From contig JAHLKU010000003.1 in the NCBI GenBank assembly GCA_020444505.1, positions 21,824 to 85,823 of the forward strand: 64,000 nucleotides of DNA, written 5' to 3'. A program made the translations under genes and the position numbers. Of the stretch, positions 29,525 through 38,701 are shown one piece after another. Under the pieces are notes generated by a model. The model searched no databases. It was not told the DNA's origin and was given only the letters and a program-made list of their open reading frames with translations. How positions within the stretch are numbered: the stretch's first letter is position 1; each line of letters opens with the position of its first letter. Source of the DNA: Actinomycetota bacterium. Lineage in GTDB: Bacteria > Actinomycetota > Acidimicrobiia > Spongiisociales > UBA11373.

Positions 29525-30328
29525 ATGGACGCCGCCGCGTACCTGGACTACCTGGAGCGCCTCGTCGCCGACCTGGGGGAGGACCCGCGGGTGCGCGGCG
29601 TGCTCGCCTTCGGTTCGACCGCAGCCACCACCCACGAGCCCGACCGGTGGTCCGACCACGACCTGGGACTGGTGGTGGAGCAGGGCAGCGAGGAGGCGTT
29701 CCGCACCGATCCGTCCTGGCTGCCCGACCACGGCCGCCTGCTGCTGTGGATGCGCGAGGACCGGCGGAGCGTGAAGGGCGTCTTCGACGACGGGCACCAG
29801 GTCGAGGCGGCGGTGATCCCCCCCGAGGACCTGGCCCGGGTGCCCCTGGGCGCGGTCCGGGTGTTGCTCGACAAGGGCGGTGTGGCCGCCGCACTCCGGC
29901 AGCCGGGGAGGCCCGACCCGGCCGACGCCCGCAGGCCGGAGTCCCACCTGGTGGGCCAGTTCGTCACCGCGCTGCTGGTCGGCCTCGGGCGCTACGCCCG
30001 CGGCGAGGTGCTCAGCGGCGAGCAGTTCGTCAAGGTGCATGCGGCCGGGCACCTGCTCGCCCTGCTGCCGGCGGTGGCCCCGCCCGAGGACCCGGAGGCG
30101 CCGGACCCGGCCGACCCGTGGCGGCGGGTGGAGCGCGCCTACCCGGAGATCGCAGCGGAGGTGGCCGCGGCGCTCGACGCGGACGTGCCCCGGGCCGCGC
30201 TCGGCCTGCTGGCGGCGGCGGAGGCGTCGGTGATGCCGGCGGTGGGGGCCTGGCCGTCCGGGGTGGCGGCGATCGTGCGGCGGCGGGCGACCGGCCTCCT
30301 GGCGGCGCGGCAGACCCGGCGCCGGTAG
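29525..30328 (+). CDS. ANT(6)-like aminoglycoside nucleotidyltransferase family protein (MNT fold + C-terminal helical domain)
   Basis: Pol-beta-type NTase motif AFGSTAATTHEPDRWSDHDLGLVV. A later segment (RVPLGAVRVLLDKGGV) resembles AadK/ANT(6) proteins. Confidence 0.55.
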   Translation: MDAAAYLDYLERLVADLGEDPRVRGVLAFGSTAATTHEPDRWSDHDLGLVVEQGSEEAFRTDPSWLPDHGRLLLWMREDRRSVKGVFDDGHQVEAAVIPPEDLARVPLGAVRVLLDKGGVAAALRQPGRPDPADARRPESHLVGQFVTALLVGLGRYARGEVLSGEQFVKVHAAGHLLALLPAVAPPEDPEAPDPADPWRRVERAYPEIAAEVAAALDADVPRAALGLLAAAEASVMPAVGAWPSGVAAIVRRRATGLLAARQTRRR

Positions 30329-30367
30329 GCGCCGGGCCGGTCGTCTCGTGCTGTCCTCAGACGGTGC

Positions 30368-30586
30368 TCACCCCGCAGCAGCCAGGTCCACCGCACCGCA
30401 GCACGGGCACAGGGTGTCGGCCCCGGCGGTCCGGCGATCGGCCACACAGGCCGTGCAGTAGACCTTGCCGCAGGAGCGGCATTGCGCCCAGTCGGCCCCG
30501 GTGTCCCGGGGGTCCCGGCCGCAGCGGCAGCACGTGCTGTTGAGGGTCGCCGTGGCGGCGACGGAGGAGCAGGGTCGTTCGGTCAT
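30368..30586 (-). CDS. small cysteine-rich (11 Cys/72 aa) putative zinc-ribbon protein
   Basis: Four CxxC-like pairs (CCRC, CRSC, CTAC, CPCC). Strong GC3 codon bias consistent with real coding. GGGAGAAGG upstream of the ATG. Confidence 0.45.
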   Translation of the reverse strand: MTERPCSSVAATATLNSTCCRCGRDPRDTGADWAQCRSCGKVYCTACVADRRTAGADTLCPCCGAVDLAAAG

Positions 30587-30673
30587 GTGCCTTCTCCCGG
30601 TCAGCCGACATCGTCCTCCCGGGGGCGAGGTGCGGCCAAGGGGCTTTGGTCACCTCTGTGGACGGGGCGGCGG

Positions 30674-32092
30674 TCAGGCCGGGTCGTGGGGGAGCGAGCC
30701 GCGGGCGGCCCGGAGGAAGGCGTAGGGGGTCTCGAAGCGGAAGTTGGAGGCCCGGGATGTGTAGACGTCGGCGTAGCGCTCCACCTGGCGGGCGAACAGG
30801 CTCTTGTCGTTGCCGCTGCGCATCAGCGGCCCCCAGGCCTCGTTGCGGAGGCGGCCGGCGGCCCTGGCGAGCGGGGCGATCTCCTCGTCGAGGGCGACGA
30901 TCTCGGCCCGGAGGTCCTCGACGGCCCTGGTGAGGGCGCGATGGCCCTCACCGGCGGCCATGGCGTGCTGGCGCTCCAGGCGGAGCAGCGAGAGGCGGCG
31001 CTGCAGGTCTTCCTTCCGGGTCATCTGCGCCTGCAGGTCGTGCTCGGTGGGGACGAACTCGCTCTGGTCGAGGATCTCCGACTCCAGCTCGCGGATGATG
31101 AGCGCCGTCCGCCACCGCAGCAGCGTCTTGGACACGTGCACGTCGGCGAACAGGTGGTCGCCCACGTAGAGGATCTGGTCGCCGGAGAGCCCGAGCGACT
31201 CCTCGAGGTCGGCGGCGTTGCCCCCGAAGTAGACGGCCCCCGGAGCGATGGCCCCGGGGTGGGGGCGGAGCAGCCCGCGCTCCTCGTCCACCACCTCGAA
31301 CCACGGCGCCGACCCCTCGAAGAACCCCGGCTTGGACGACGACACGATCACCACCTCGAACAGGTCGCGCCAGGTGGTGCCGGCGGGGAGGTGGGGGTCG
31401 AGGGCGTAGGCCATCATCCGCTTCGTGTAGTCCCATCCCGAGTTGGTGATGAGCAGCAGGCGCTTCCCGGCGCCGTGCTGGTCCACCAGGGCGGCCGCCA
31501 TGTCGGGGTCGTGGACCACGTAGCGCTCGGGGTCGGCGGTGATCTTGTCCTTCAGGGCGCCCTCCATGTGCGCCTCGTCGATGGTCTCGCGCACCGCCCG
31601 GTACACGTCGGTGTAGGACATGCCCTTGGGGAGGAGGCCCTCGTCGAGGAGGTCGACCAGCTGGGCGAACAGGTGGGCCTCGGAGAGCGAGAACAGCGTG
31701 TTGAGGAATACGAAGCGGTCCTCGGCGAGATTCACGACGGTGCCGTGGTAGGCCCGGCGGAGCCGGTCGTAGTCGAGCGGCTCGGTGCCGTGCGACGCCT
31801 TGATGACGTACCCGAAACGGGTCGGCTTCACCAGGTTGCCGAGCTCGAGGTCGAGGGTGAGCCCCCGGATGACGGTGGCGGGGTCGAAGGCGAGGCCGTC
31901 CACCGGCCAGCCCCTGGCGGCGAGGGCGGCGCGTGCGGCCTCGTACGCGCCCCGCTCCCACTCCTCCACGCGGTAGTGGATGAGGGTGTAGTCCATGTCG
32001 TAGCCGATGGCCCGGATGCTGCGCAGGTTGAGCGTGCGGTTGGCGTAGATGCGCCGCTCGGGGGGGACGGCGGGCGGGGGGGAGGATTCCAT
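30674..32092 (-). CDS. HAD-superfamily cytosolic 5'-nucleotidase (cN-II/PF05761-like)
   Basis: N-terminal HAD motif I (IGYDMDYTLIHY), a HAD core (LLLITNSGWDYT ... YVGDHLFADV) and a C-terminal coiled tail, as in 5'-nucleotidase domain proteins. Confidence 0.7.
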   Translation of the reverse strand: MESSPPPAVPPERRIYANRTLNLRSIRAIGYDMDYTLIHYRVEEWERGAYEAARAALAARGWPVDGLAFDPATVIRGLTLDLELGNLVKPTRFGYVIKASHGTEPLDYDRLRRAYHGTVVNLAEDRFVFLNTLFSLSEAHLFAQLVDLLDEGLLPKGMSYTDVYRAVRETIDEAHMEGALKDKITADPERYVVHDPDMAAALVDQHGAGKRLLLITNSGWDYTKRMMAYALDPHLPAGTTWRDLFEVVIVSSSKPGFFEGSAPWFEVVDEERGLLRPHPGAIAPGAVYFGGNAADLEESLGLSGDQILYVGDHLFADVHVSKTLLRWRTALIIRELESEILDQSEFVPTEHDLQAQMTRKEDLQRRLSLLRLERQHAMAAGEGHRALTRAVEDLRAEIVALDEEIAPLARAAGRLRNEAWGPLMRSGNDKSLFARQVERYADVYTSRASNFRFETPYAFLRAARGSLPHDPA

Positions 32093-32135
32093 GGCTGCAT
32101 GCTAGGGCTGCAGGGATCCCCTCCAGCCGGGCACG

Positions 32136-32222
32136 TCGATCGAGTGATTCGATGGTCTGAAGTACTTGAGCAACGAGTTGCACGGTCGGTAGAACCATGA
32201 TACTGTTCGACACAGATCGAAC
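32136..32222 (+). promoter_or_regulatory. divergent promoter/operator region with TCGATCGA palindrome, ATGGTCTGA half-site and GTTCGA-N6-TCGAAC inverted repeat
   Basis: About 50% GC island between the divergently transcribed 5'-nucleotidase (minus, start 32092) and the ArsR-family gene (plus, start 32241). Confidence 0.4.
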
Positions 32223-32240
32223 GCCGTCAAGGAGATCGAC

Positions 32241-33326
32241 ATGACCACCACCACGCCCAAGGTCCGGGACTTCACCACCGCCGATCAGGGCCTGCGCGTC
32301 GACGTCGCCTCGGGTGAGGCGTTCGAGCTGCTGTTGAGCCTGTACGCCCTCTCCGGAGAGGAGGACCCCGCCGCATTCGAGATCGGGTCCGACTGGTTCG
32401 AGGGGGTCGAGGAACGGGCCGGGGCCGACCTGGTGGCCGAGTTGCGCGAGTACGGCGATTGGTCGGTGTGGCTGGCGCTGCTGGGCGAGGCCTTCGGCCT
32501 CGGCGCCCCGCACACCGTGGAGCGGCTGCTGGAGCACCTGGACACCGTCGATCCCGTGGTGCTGCGCCGGGGGCTCCTCGAAGTGGGGGCCTGCCACGCC
32601 AGCGAGACGGTGGACGCCGGGCAAGTGGACGCCGTCGCCGCCGGGGACCCGGAGGCCGTGGCCTCCGCCGCCGAGTGGTGCGACAAGTGCCCCGGCCTGC
32701 TCCGTCTGCTGCAGATGCCGCCGGAGGAGAGCAGGGATCGCCTCGCCGCCATGCTGCGCCGCTTCGCCGAGGCAGGGCCGATCCCCGACGGGGTGGGCCG
32801 CACGCTGGAGCGGGACGCCGAGCACAAGCGGTCGCTGGCCCGCAGGGTCGAGCCGGTCCGCCTGGTGGAGAAGGCGACCAACGGGATCACGGTGGCGCCC
32901 CACCCCGGGTTGGAGGGGGTCGTGCTGGTGCCCTCGGTGGTCCTCCGGCCCTGGGTGATCATCGCCGAACGGGCCGGGACGCAGATCCTGTGCTACTCGG
33001 TGGACGAGGAGATCCTGGGCAGCGACCCCGACGCCCCGCCCACCTGGCTGGTGCAGTTCTACAAGGCGCTGGGCGACGAGCGCCGGTTGGCGATCCTGCG
33101 GCGCCTGGCCGAGGGCCCCGCCGGGCTGAGCGACCTGGCGGAGATGCTCGACCTCGCCAAATCCACGGTGCACCACCACGTCCGCCAGCTGCGGACGGCC
33201 GGCCTGGTCCGGGTGACGGTGGGTGCGGACAAGGAGTACTCGCTGCGGATGGGCGCCGTCCCGGAGGCGACCCGGATGCTGGAAGGGTTCCTGGGGACGA
33301 TCGACGACGAGATGGGAGACCACTGA
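32241..33326 (+). CDS. ArsR/SmtB-family transcriptional regulator with a large (~250 aa) uncharacterised N-terminal domain
   Basis: C-terminal winged HTH (LGDERRLAILRRLAEGPAGLSDLAEMLDLAKSTVHHHVRQLRTAGLVRV). The N-terminal domain (with a CDKC pair) has no recognisable family. Confidence 0.7.
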   Translation: MTTTTPKVRDFTTADQGLRVDVASGEAFELLLSLYALSGEEDPAAFEIGSDWFEGVEERAGADLVAELREYGDWSVWLALLGEAFGLGAPHTVERLLEHLDTVDPVVLRRGLLEVGACHASETVDAGQVDAVAAGDPEAVASAAEWCDKCPGLLRLLQMPPEESRDRLAAMLRRFAEAGPIPDGVGRTLERDAEHKRSLARRVEPVRLVEKATNGITVAPHPGLEGVVLVPSVVLRPWVIIAERAGTQILCYSVDEEILGSDPDAPPTWLVQFYKALGDERRLAILRRLAEGPAGLSDLAEMLDLAKSTVHHHVRQLRTAGLVRVTVGADKEYSLRMGAVPEATRMLEGFLGTIDDEMGDH

Positions 33327-33520
33327 TGTACGCACACATGCACACGACCATGGTCCGTGCCCTGCAGGCCGAGCGCCGGGCGGCGGTCGAGCGGAGTGCC
33401 GGCTTGCGCACCGCCCGGGCGGCTCCGGTGGGGGATGCGCTCGCCCGGCCGGTGTTGCCGGCGCCGACGGCGGCGTGCGACCCGCACGACGACGCCCCGG
33501 TGACCCGGCGGGCCGCGTAG
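33326..33520 (+). CDS. small hypothetical protein (64 aa), translationally coupled to the ArsR-family gene
   Basis: ATG overlaps the upstream stop (TGATG). Good GC3 bias. No recognisable family. Confidence 0.25.
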   Translation: MYAHMHTTMVRALQAERRAAVERSAGLRTARAAPVGDALARPVLPAPTAACDPHDDAPVTRRAA

Positions 33521-33555
33521 CCGTCCCGCCGCCCCACCGGGGGCACGGACTCCTC

Positions 33556-33586
33556 CCTCCGCCGCAGCCGTGTGCTGCGGCGGAGG
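33556..33586. terminator. bidirectional intrinsic-terminator-like hairpin (CCTCCGCCGCAG-ccgtgtg-CTGCGGCGGAGG)
   Basis: Perfect 12-bp GC-rich stem with a 7-nt loop, between the convergent ArsR-operon (plus) and mscS (minus) genes. No U-tract, as is common in high-GC actinobacteria. Confidence 0.55.
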
Positions 33587-33853
33587 CGCGTCCGGGAAGG
33601 TTCACGGACGGTTCCCCGGCCCGTCACACCGGGTTCACCCTGGCCCCGTACCGTGGCCGCCGTCGACCAGACCCGGGCACCGAACGAACTCCGCCATGGT
33701 TCGCCGGCCGGGGGCAGCCTCCCTCCCGGGTGCCCCGCTCGGACCGGTTCGCCGGGAATGGGAGATCGGCGCCGCAGCCCACGGGTTGCGGCGCTGTCGC
33801 GTCCGGCACGCCCCGGGCGGGGCCGCCGCCTGCGAGACCGGCGGCTGCCGGGC

Positions 33854-34969
33854 CTAGCCGGTGCCCTCGGGGGCGCCGCGCGACTCGAAGTCCTCGACCG
33901 GGTGCTCCGGTTGCACCGGGGCGCGGGAGGGCGTGTCCTCCGGCTGGGAGGTGTGCAGCCACACGGTGCGCTGCGGGAACGGGATCTCGATCCCCTGGCG
34001 ATCGAAGGCGGCCTTGAGGCGCTTGCGGACCTCGCGTGCGGTGGCCCACTGCTCGCCGGGCTCCACCTTCAGGACGAGCCGGATGGCGATCGACGAGGCG
34101 CCGAACGACTCGACGCCCCAGATCTCGGGCTCCTCGAGCACGGTGGCGGTGTCCAGGTCGTCCTGCCACACGCCGTCGGCCACCTCCTTGATCACCGACA
34201 CGGCGAAGGGGATGTCGGTGTCGTAGGCGACCTCCACGTCGAGGACGGCCCGCGCCCACTGCTGCGACTTGTTGCCGACGCGCCGGATCTCGCCATTGGG
34301 GACGAACCACACCGTCCCGTTGACGTCGCGGAGGCGGGTGGTGCGGAGGCGGATCTCCTCGACCACGCCGGCGGCGTCGCCGACGTCGATGATGTCGCCG
34401 ACCCCGTACTGGTCCTCCACGAGCATGAAGATGCCGCTGAGGAAGTCCCTGACGAGCGTTTGGGCACCGAAGCCGAGGGCCACGCCGGCGATCCCGGCAC
34501 TGGCGATCAGCGGTCCGAGCGACACGTCGAACTCCGCCAGCGCCATCATCAGCGCCACCGTGTAGATGACGAGCGAGGCGACACTGCGGAGCACCGTGCC
34601 GAGCGCCTGGGCGCGCTGCTTGCCCCGTTCGGCCTGGTCGGCGATGAGGCGGGCCTTCTTCATGGCCCGGTGGAGGGACTGGGTGAAGCGCCCGTCCTCC
34701 ACCTCCTCCTCGTGCCGCTCGGAGGCCCTGGCCTCGCGGTCGGTGACGAGGCGCTGGACGAAGCCGTCGATGGCGCGCCGGACGATGCGGTTCAGAACCC
34801 ACGCGGCGAACAGGAACACCACGGCCATCACCGGCTTGGTGGCGACCTGGGCGAACTCCGCCGCCCCGGCGTTGCCGGTCAGGTCGTAGACCCACTTGCA
34901 CAGGATGCCGGGCTCGGCGCCGCAGGCATCGGTGAGGCCGGCGGTGGTCTGCATCAGGGCCACGAGCAT
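33854..34969 (-). CDS. mscS: mechanosensitive ion channel, MscS family
   Basis: N-terminal TM helices plus the conserved MscS beta-domain (GVALGFGAQTLVRDFLSGIFMLVEDQYGVGDIIDVGDAAGVVEEIRLRTTRLRD). Confidence 0.9.
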   Translation of the reverse strand: MLVALMQTTAGLTDACGAEPGILCKWVYDLTGNAGAAEFAQVATKPVMAVVFLFAAWVLNRIVRRAIDGFVQRLVTDREARASERHEEEVEDGRFTQSLHRAMKKARLIADQAERGKQRAQALGTVLRSVASLVIYTVALMMALAEFDVSLGPLIASAGIAGVALGFGAQTLVRDFLSGIFMLVEDQYGVGDIIDVGDAAGVVEEIRLRTTRLRDVNGTVWFVPNGEIRRVGNKSQQWARAVLDVEVAYDTDIPFAVSVIKEVADGVWQDDLDTATVLEEPEIWGVESFGASSIAIRLVLKVEPGEQWATAREVRKRLKAAFDRQGIEIPFPQRTVWLHTSQPEDTPSRAPVQPEHPVEDFESRGAPEGTG

Positions 34970-35054
34970 GGGTGTCCTCCTGCCGTCGTCGGCACGACGC
35001 TACCGCGGACGGCGCCGCAGACCTAGGCTGACGGCCTCCCGGGGACGGAGCGCC

Positions 35055-35894
35055 ATGCCCATGGATGCCCATCGCGAGGCCAATCGCCGCAACTGGGACG
35101 ACCGCGTCCCCATCCACCTGGGCAGCGAGGAGTACGCCGTCGAGCGCTTCGTCGCCGACCCGGGGCACCTCAGCAGCGTCGTCGAGTTCGACCGGGAGGT
35201 GCTGGGCGACGTGGCCGGGCTGCGGCTGCTGCACCTGCAGTGCCACTTCGGCAAGGACACGCTCTCGTGGGCGCGCCTCGGCGCCGAGGTGACCGGGGTG
35301 GACTTCTCCGAGCGGGCGGTGGCGGAGGCCAGGAGGCTCGCCGAGCGCTCCGGCGTGCCCGGCCGGTTCGTGACCGCCGAGGTGTACGACGCAGGGGAGG
35401 CCCTGGCGGGGGAGCGGTTCGACGTCGTGTACACCGGCGTCGGGGCGATCAACTGGCTGCCCGACATCGCAGGGTGGGCGCGGGTCGCCGCCGGGCTGCT
35501 CGACCCGGGCGGCAGGCTGTACGTGCGGGAGGGCCACCCGGTGCTGTGGAGCCTCGACTGGCGCGAGGACGACGACGAGCTGTCCATCCGGTTCCCCTAC
35601 TTCGAGACCCGGGACCCGGTGGAGTGGGTGGAGGACCACACCTACGCCGGCGAGGGGACGCTGGCCAATCCCACCCAGTACGAGTGGAACCACGGCATCG
35701 GCGAGATCGTCACCGCGGTGCTCGACGCCGGGCTCGAGGTGCGCATGCTGCGCGAGCACCGCGAACTGGAGTGGCAGGGCCTGCCGCACATGGAGGAGGG
35801 CCCCGACGGGCGGTGGCGGCTGCCTCCCGCCCAGCGCGACCTGGTGCCGCTGATGTTCAGCCTGCTGGCCGTGCGGCCCGCCGCCGGGGGGTAG
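35055..35894 (+). CDS. class I SAM-dependent methyltransferase
   Basis: Motif I-like LHLQCHFGKD...GAEVTGVDFSERAV and a Rossmann-fold MTase layout. The start is the ATG at 35055 within a longer track ORF. Confidence 0.65.
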   Translation: MPMDAHREANRRNWDDRVPIHLGSEEYAVERFVADPGHLSSVVEFDREVLGDVAGLRLLHLQCHFGKDTLSWARLGAEVTGVDFSERAVAEARRLAERSGVPGRFVTAEVYDAGEALAGERFDVVYTGVGAINWLPDIAGWARVAAGLLDPGGRLYVREGHPVLWSLDWREDDDELSIRFPYFETRDPVEWVEDHTYAGEGTLANPTQYEWNHGIGEIVTAVLDAGLEVRMLREHRELEWQGLPHMEEGPDGRWRLPPAQRDLVPLMFSLLAVRPAAGG

Positions 35895-35933
35895 GGTCGG
35901 CGCGAAGCCCGGTGGATCCCCCGGAGGTGCGCC

Positions 35934-37451
35934 ATGATCCCCACCGACCACCACCCGCCCGACTGCCTCACCACCCGAGACGGCCGCCTGTTCATCGAGG
36001 ACTGCGACACCGTCGCCCTCGTCGAGGAGTTCGGCAGCCCGATCTTCGCCTTCTCGGAGCGGCAGATCACCGAGAACTACACCCGGTTCCGCGACGCCTT
36101 CGCCGCCGGGTGGGAGCACGGGCCGGTCGACGTGATGCCGGCCATGAAGGCCAACACGATCCTGGCGATCCGCCGGCTGCTCACCAACCTCGGCGCCGGC
36201 GCCGACCTCTACTCGCCGGAGGAACTGGAGGGGGCGCTCCGCACCGGCGTGGACCCGGAGCGGACCTCGGCCAACGGCGGCGGCAAGAGCCGCGAGCACC
36301 TGCGGCGGTGCATCGAGGCGGGGGTGCGGATCACGGTGGAGGACCTCCACGAGATCGACTGGATCCAGGAGGAGGCGGCGGCGCTGGGGGCCACCGCCAG
36401 GATCCGGCTGCGGGTGAAGCCGGCGCTGCCCAACCTGTGGCGCCGCACGGACTTCTCCCAGCTCTGGGTGCCCATCGACCTGGGCGTCCAGGTGTACAAG
36501 TCGGGCATCCCGCCCGAGTACCTGGTCGACCTGGGCCGCAAGGCGTTCGCCGCCCCCAACGTGGAACTGGTCGGCCTGCACTTCCATGCCGGCCGCCACC
36601 ACCCGAGCCTGTGGTTCTGGCAGGGGATGATGGTGCGCTTCGCCCGCCTGGTGGGCGAGCTGTGCCGGGCGTGGGACGGCTGGAAGCCGCAGGAGATCGA
36701 CATCGGCGGCGGCATGGCCAGCCGGCGCGACCCGCACAACAAGGAGTTCGGCCGCTGGGAGTTCCTGCTCACCGCCGCCGGCTACCCGTTCCTGGTGGGG
36801 CTGCGGGGCCTGGGCGAGCAGGTGTACCACACGCTGCTGGGCAAGATCGTCAACGCCCTGCGCGAGTACCCCGACCCCAGGGGCGTGCCCACCATCGAGC
36901 AGTACGCCGCCACCATCACCGGCACGCTCAGCCGCGAGCTGCAGGCCCAGGGCGTCGCCCTGGACGGCGTCCGGCTGCAGACCGAGCCGGGGCGCAGCCT
37001 GTACGGCGACACCGCCGTCCACCTGTCGAAGGTGAAGGTGGTCAAGGAGCAGACGCAGCCGATCCCCTACACCTGGGTGCTGCTCGACACCACCTACTTC
37101 TTCCTCGCCGGCGGCGTCTACGAGAAGAACCGGCACCCCTACCTGGTGGCGAACAAGGCCGACGAGCCGGCCGACCTGCTCGCCGACATCGTCGGGCATT
37201 CCTGCTACGCCGACCAGATCGTGCTCGGCGCCAAGCTGCCCCGGGTGGAGCCGGGCGACGTGATGGCGATCCTCGAGGCCGGCGCCTACCAGGAGTCGTC
37301 GGCGTCGAACTTCAACGCCCTGCCCCGGCCGGCCACCGTGCTGGTGCGCGGCGACCGGGCCGAACTGATCAAGAGGAGCGAGACGATCGACGAGATCTAC
37401 GGGCGCGACATCGTGCCGGCCCGGCTGGGGGAGCAAGGGGCCGGAGCGTGA
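35934..37451 (+). CDS. PLP-dependent decarboxylase, Orn/DAP/Arg decarboxylase family (fold type III)
   Basis: N-terminal TIM-barrel PLP-binding region (PIFAFSERQITENYTRFRDAF ... AMKANT) and C-terminal beta-sandwich with motifs (EPGRSLYG ... GAYQES). It is longer than canonical LysA. Confidence 0.7.
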   Translation: MIPTDHHPPDCLTTRDGRLFIEDCDTVALVEEFGSPIFAFSERQITENYTRFRDAFAAGWEHGPVDVMPAMKANTILAIRRLLTNLGAGADLYSPEELEGALRTGVDPERTSANGGGKSREHLRRCIEAGVRITVEDLHEIDWIQEEAAALGATARIRLRVKPALPNLWRRTDFSQLWVPIDLGVQVYKSGIPPEYLVDLGRKAFAAPNVELVGLHFHAGRHHPSLWFWQGMMVRFARLVGELCRAWDGWKPQEIDIGGGMASRRDPHNKEFGRWEFLLTAAGYPFLVGLRGLGEQVYHTLLGKIVNALREYPDPRGVPTIEQYAATITGTLSRELQAQGVALDGVRLQTEPGRSLYGDTAVHLSKVKVVKEQTQPIPYTWVLLDTTYFFLAGGVYEKNRHPYLVANKADEPADLLADIVGHSCYADQIVLGAKLPRVEPGDVMAILEAGAYQESSASNFNALPRPATVLVRGDRAELIKRSETIDEIYGRDIVPARLGEQGAGA

Positions 37452-37840
37452 CCTCCGACGCCGGCACCTGGGTGGTGGCGGCCCTCATGGTGGTGGCGGC
37501 CCTGGTCATCGGGCTGTTCTGGATCACCTGGTTCCGCCGGGACCACGACGAGGCCTGGCTGCCGGAGGGCTACGAGACCCACGAGGCCCCCTTCGTGTGG
37601 ACCGACGTGCCGCTGGCGGTGCTGCTGGTGGCCGCCGCGGTGCTGCTGGTGCTGGAGGAGCCGCTGGGAGAGCGGCTGGCGCTGGTGGCCGCCGGGGCGC
37701 TGGCGTTCCTCGGTGTGCTCGACACCGCCTACTTCGCCCGCACCGGCATGTTCCGCCGGGAGCGCGACGGCCTCGCCAACCTGGGCGTGGTCTCCGGGGT
37801 GCTGCTGCTGAGCGCCATCCTGCTGGTGAGGTACCTGTGA
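37448..37840 (+). CDS. small integral membrane protein (130 aa, hypothetical)
   Basis: GTG overlaps the decarboxylase stop (GTGA). Four predicted TM helices. Confidence 0.45.
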   Translation: MTSDAGTWVVAALMVVAALVIGLFWITWFRRDHDEAWLPEGYETHEAPFVWTDVPLAVLLVAAAVLLVLEEPLGERLALVAAGALAFLGVLDTAYFARTGMFRRERDGLANLGVVSGVLLLSAILLVRYL

Positions 37841-38649
37841 GCTTCGGGGGCCGCCACGCCGTCGTGACCGGGGGATCGTCGGGGATCGGCCTGGCCACGG
37901 TCCGGATGCTGGTGGCCGACGGGGCGAGGGTGTCGGTCATCGCCCTCGACGACGGGTACCTGGCGGCGCTGGCGGCCGACCCGCCGACGGGGGAGCACCC
38001 GGTGCACCTGGAGGCGGCCGACGTCTCCGACCGTGCGCAGGCCGAGGCGGCGGTGACGGCGTGCGTTGCCGCCCACGGGCCGTGCGACGTGCTCATCACC
38101 TGTGCGGGGATCGTCCTGCCGGGCTACTTCGAGGACCTCGACGTGGCCGAGTTCGAGCGCGAGATGGCCGTCAACTACCTGGGCACCCTGTACGCAGTGA
38201 AGGCGGTGGTGCCCTCGATGCTGGAGCGGGGCGGGGGGGCGATCGCCTGCATCTCGTCCACGGCAGGGCTGATCCCGGTGTTCGGGTACACCGCCTACGG
38301 GCCGACGAAGTACGCGGTCCGGGGCCTGTGTGAGATCCTCCGCAACGAGATGAAGCCGCGGGGCATCACCGTGTCGGCGGTGTACCCGTCCGACGTGGAC
38401 ACCCCGCAACTGGCGTTCGAGGAGCCGCACAAGCCTGCGGAGTTGCGGGCCGTGGCGGGGACGGTGAAGCCGGTGAGCGCCGAGCAGGTGGCGGCGGCGA
38501 TCCTGGAGGGGATCCGCAAGGGCTCGGCGGTGATCTACCCGGAGGCGAAGACACGCTTCCTGGCGAGGGTCGCGGGGGCGTTCCCCGGCCTGACGAGGTC
38601 CATCCTGGACCGGATCGTCGGCAGGGCCCGGCGCAGGCGGCTCACCTGA
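37837..38649 (+). CDS. SDR family oxidoreductase (short-chain dehydrogenase/reductase)
   Basis: TGGSSGIG cofactor motif, catalytic YxxxK (YGPTKYA) and NAG-like CAG motif. GTG overlaps the previous stop. Confidence 0.85.
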   Translation: MSFGGRHAVVTGGSSGIGLATVRMLVADGARVSVIALDDGYLAALAADPPTGEHPVHLEAADVSDRAQAEAAVTACVAAHGPCDVLITCAGIVLPGYFEDLDVAEFEREMAVNYLGTLYAVKAVVPSMLERGGGAIACISSTAGLIPVFGYTAYGPTKYAVRGLCEILRNEMKPRGITVSAVYPSDVDTPQLAFEEPHKPAELRAVAGTVKPVSAEQVAAAILEGIRKGSAVIYPEAKTRFLARVAGAFPGLTRSILDRIVGRARRRRLT

Positions 38650-38668
38650 CGGGGGAGGCCTCCCGGGA

Positions 38669-38701
38669 CAACATTGTGCTATCATAACTAGCACAATGTT
38701 G
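38669..38701 (+). promoter_or_regulatory. AT-rich perfect 13-bp inverted repeat CAACATTGTGCTA-N7-TAGCACAATGTTG overlapping the start codon of the YtrA-like GntR gene (putative autoregulatory operator)
   Basis: Striking low-GC palindrome in a ~70% GC background. The right arm contains the ATG at 38696. It is preceded by a GGGAGGCCTCCC palindrome (38653..38664) just after the SDR stop. Confidence 0.6.

Noticed and set aside
30357-30653. 98-aa minus-strand ORF overlapping the Cys-rich small gene in another frame
   Set aside because: Different frame from the Cys-rich ORF, with poorer codon bias and no start signals. Judged the less likely of the two overlapping candidates.
30482-33605. Long ORFs 30482..32200 (+) and 30948..33605 (-) across the 5'-nucleotidase and ArsR region
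   Set aside because: Antisense or off-frame to the conserved HAD 5'-nucleotidase and ArsR-family genes. Low-complexity translations.
33624-37436. 1270-aa minus-strand ORF across the mscS, methyltransferase and decarboxylase region
   Set aside because: Overlaps three independently supported genes on both strands. Translation is R/G/P/H-rich with no motifs. It is the classic high-GC open antisense frame.
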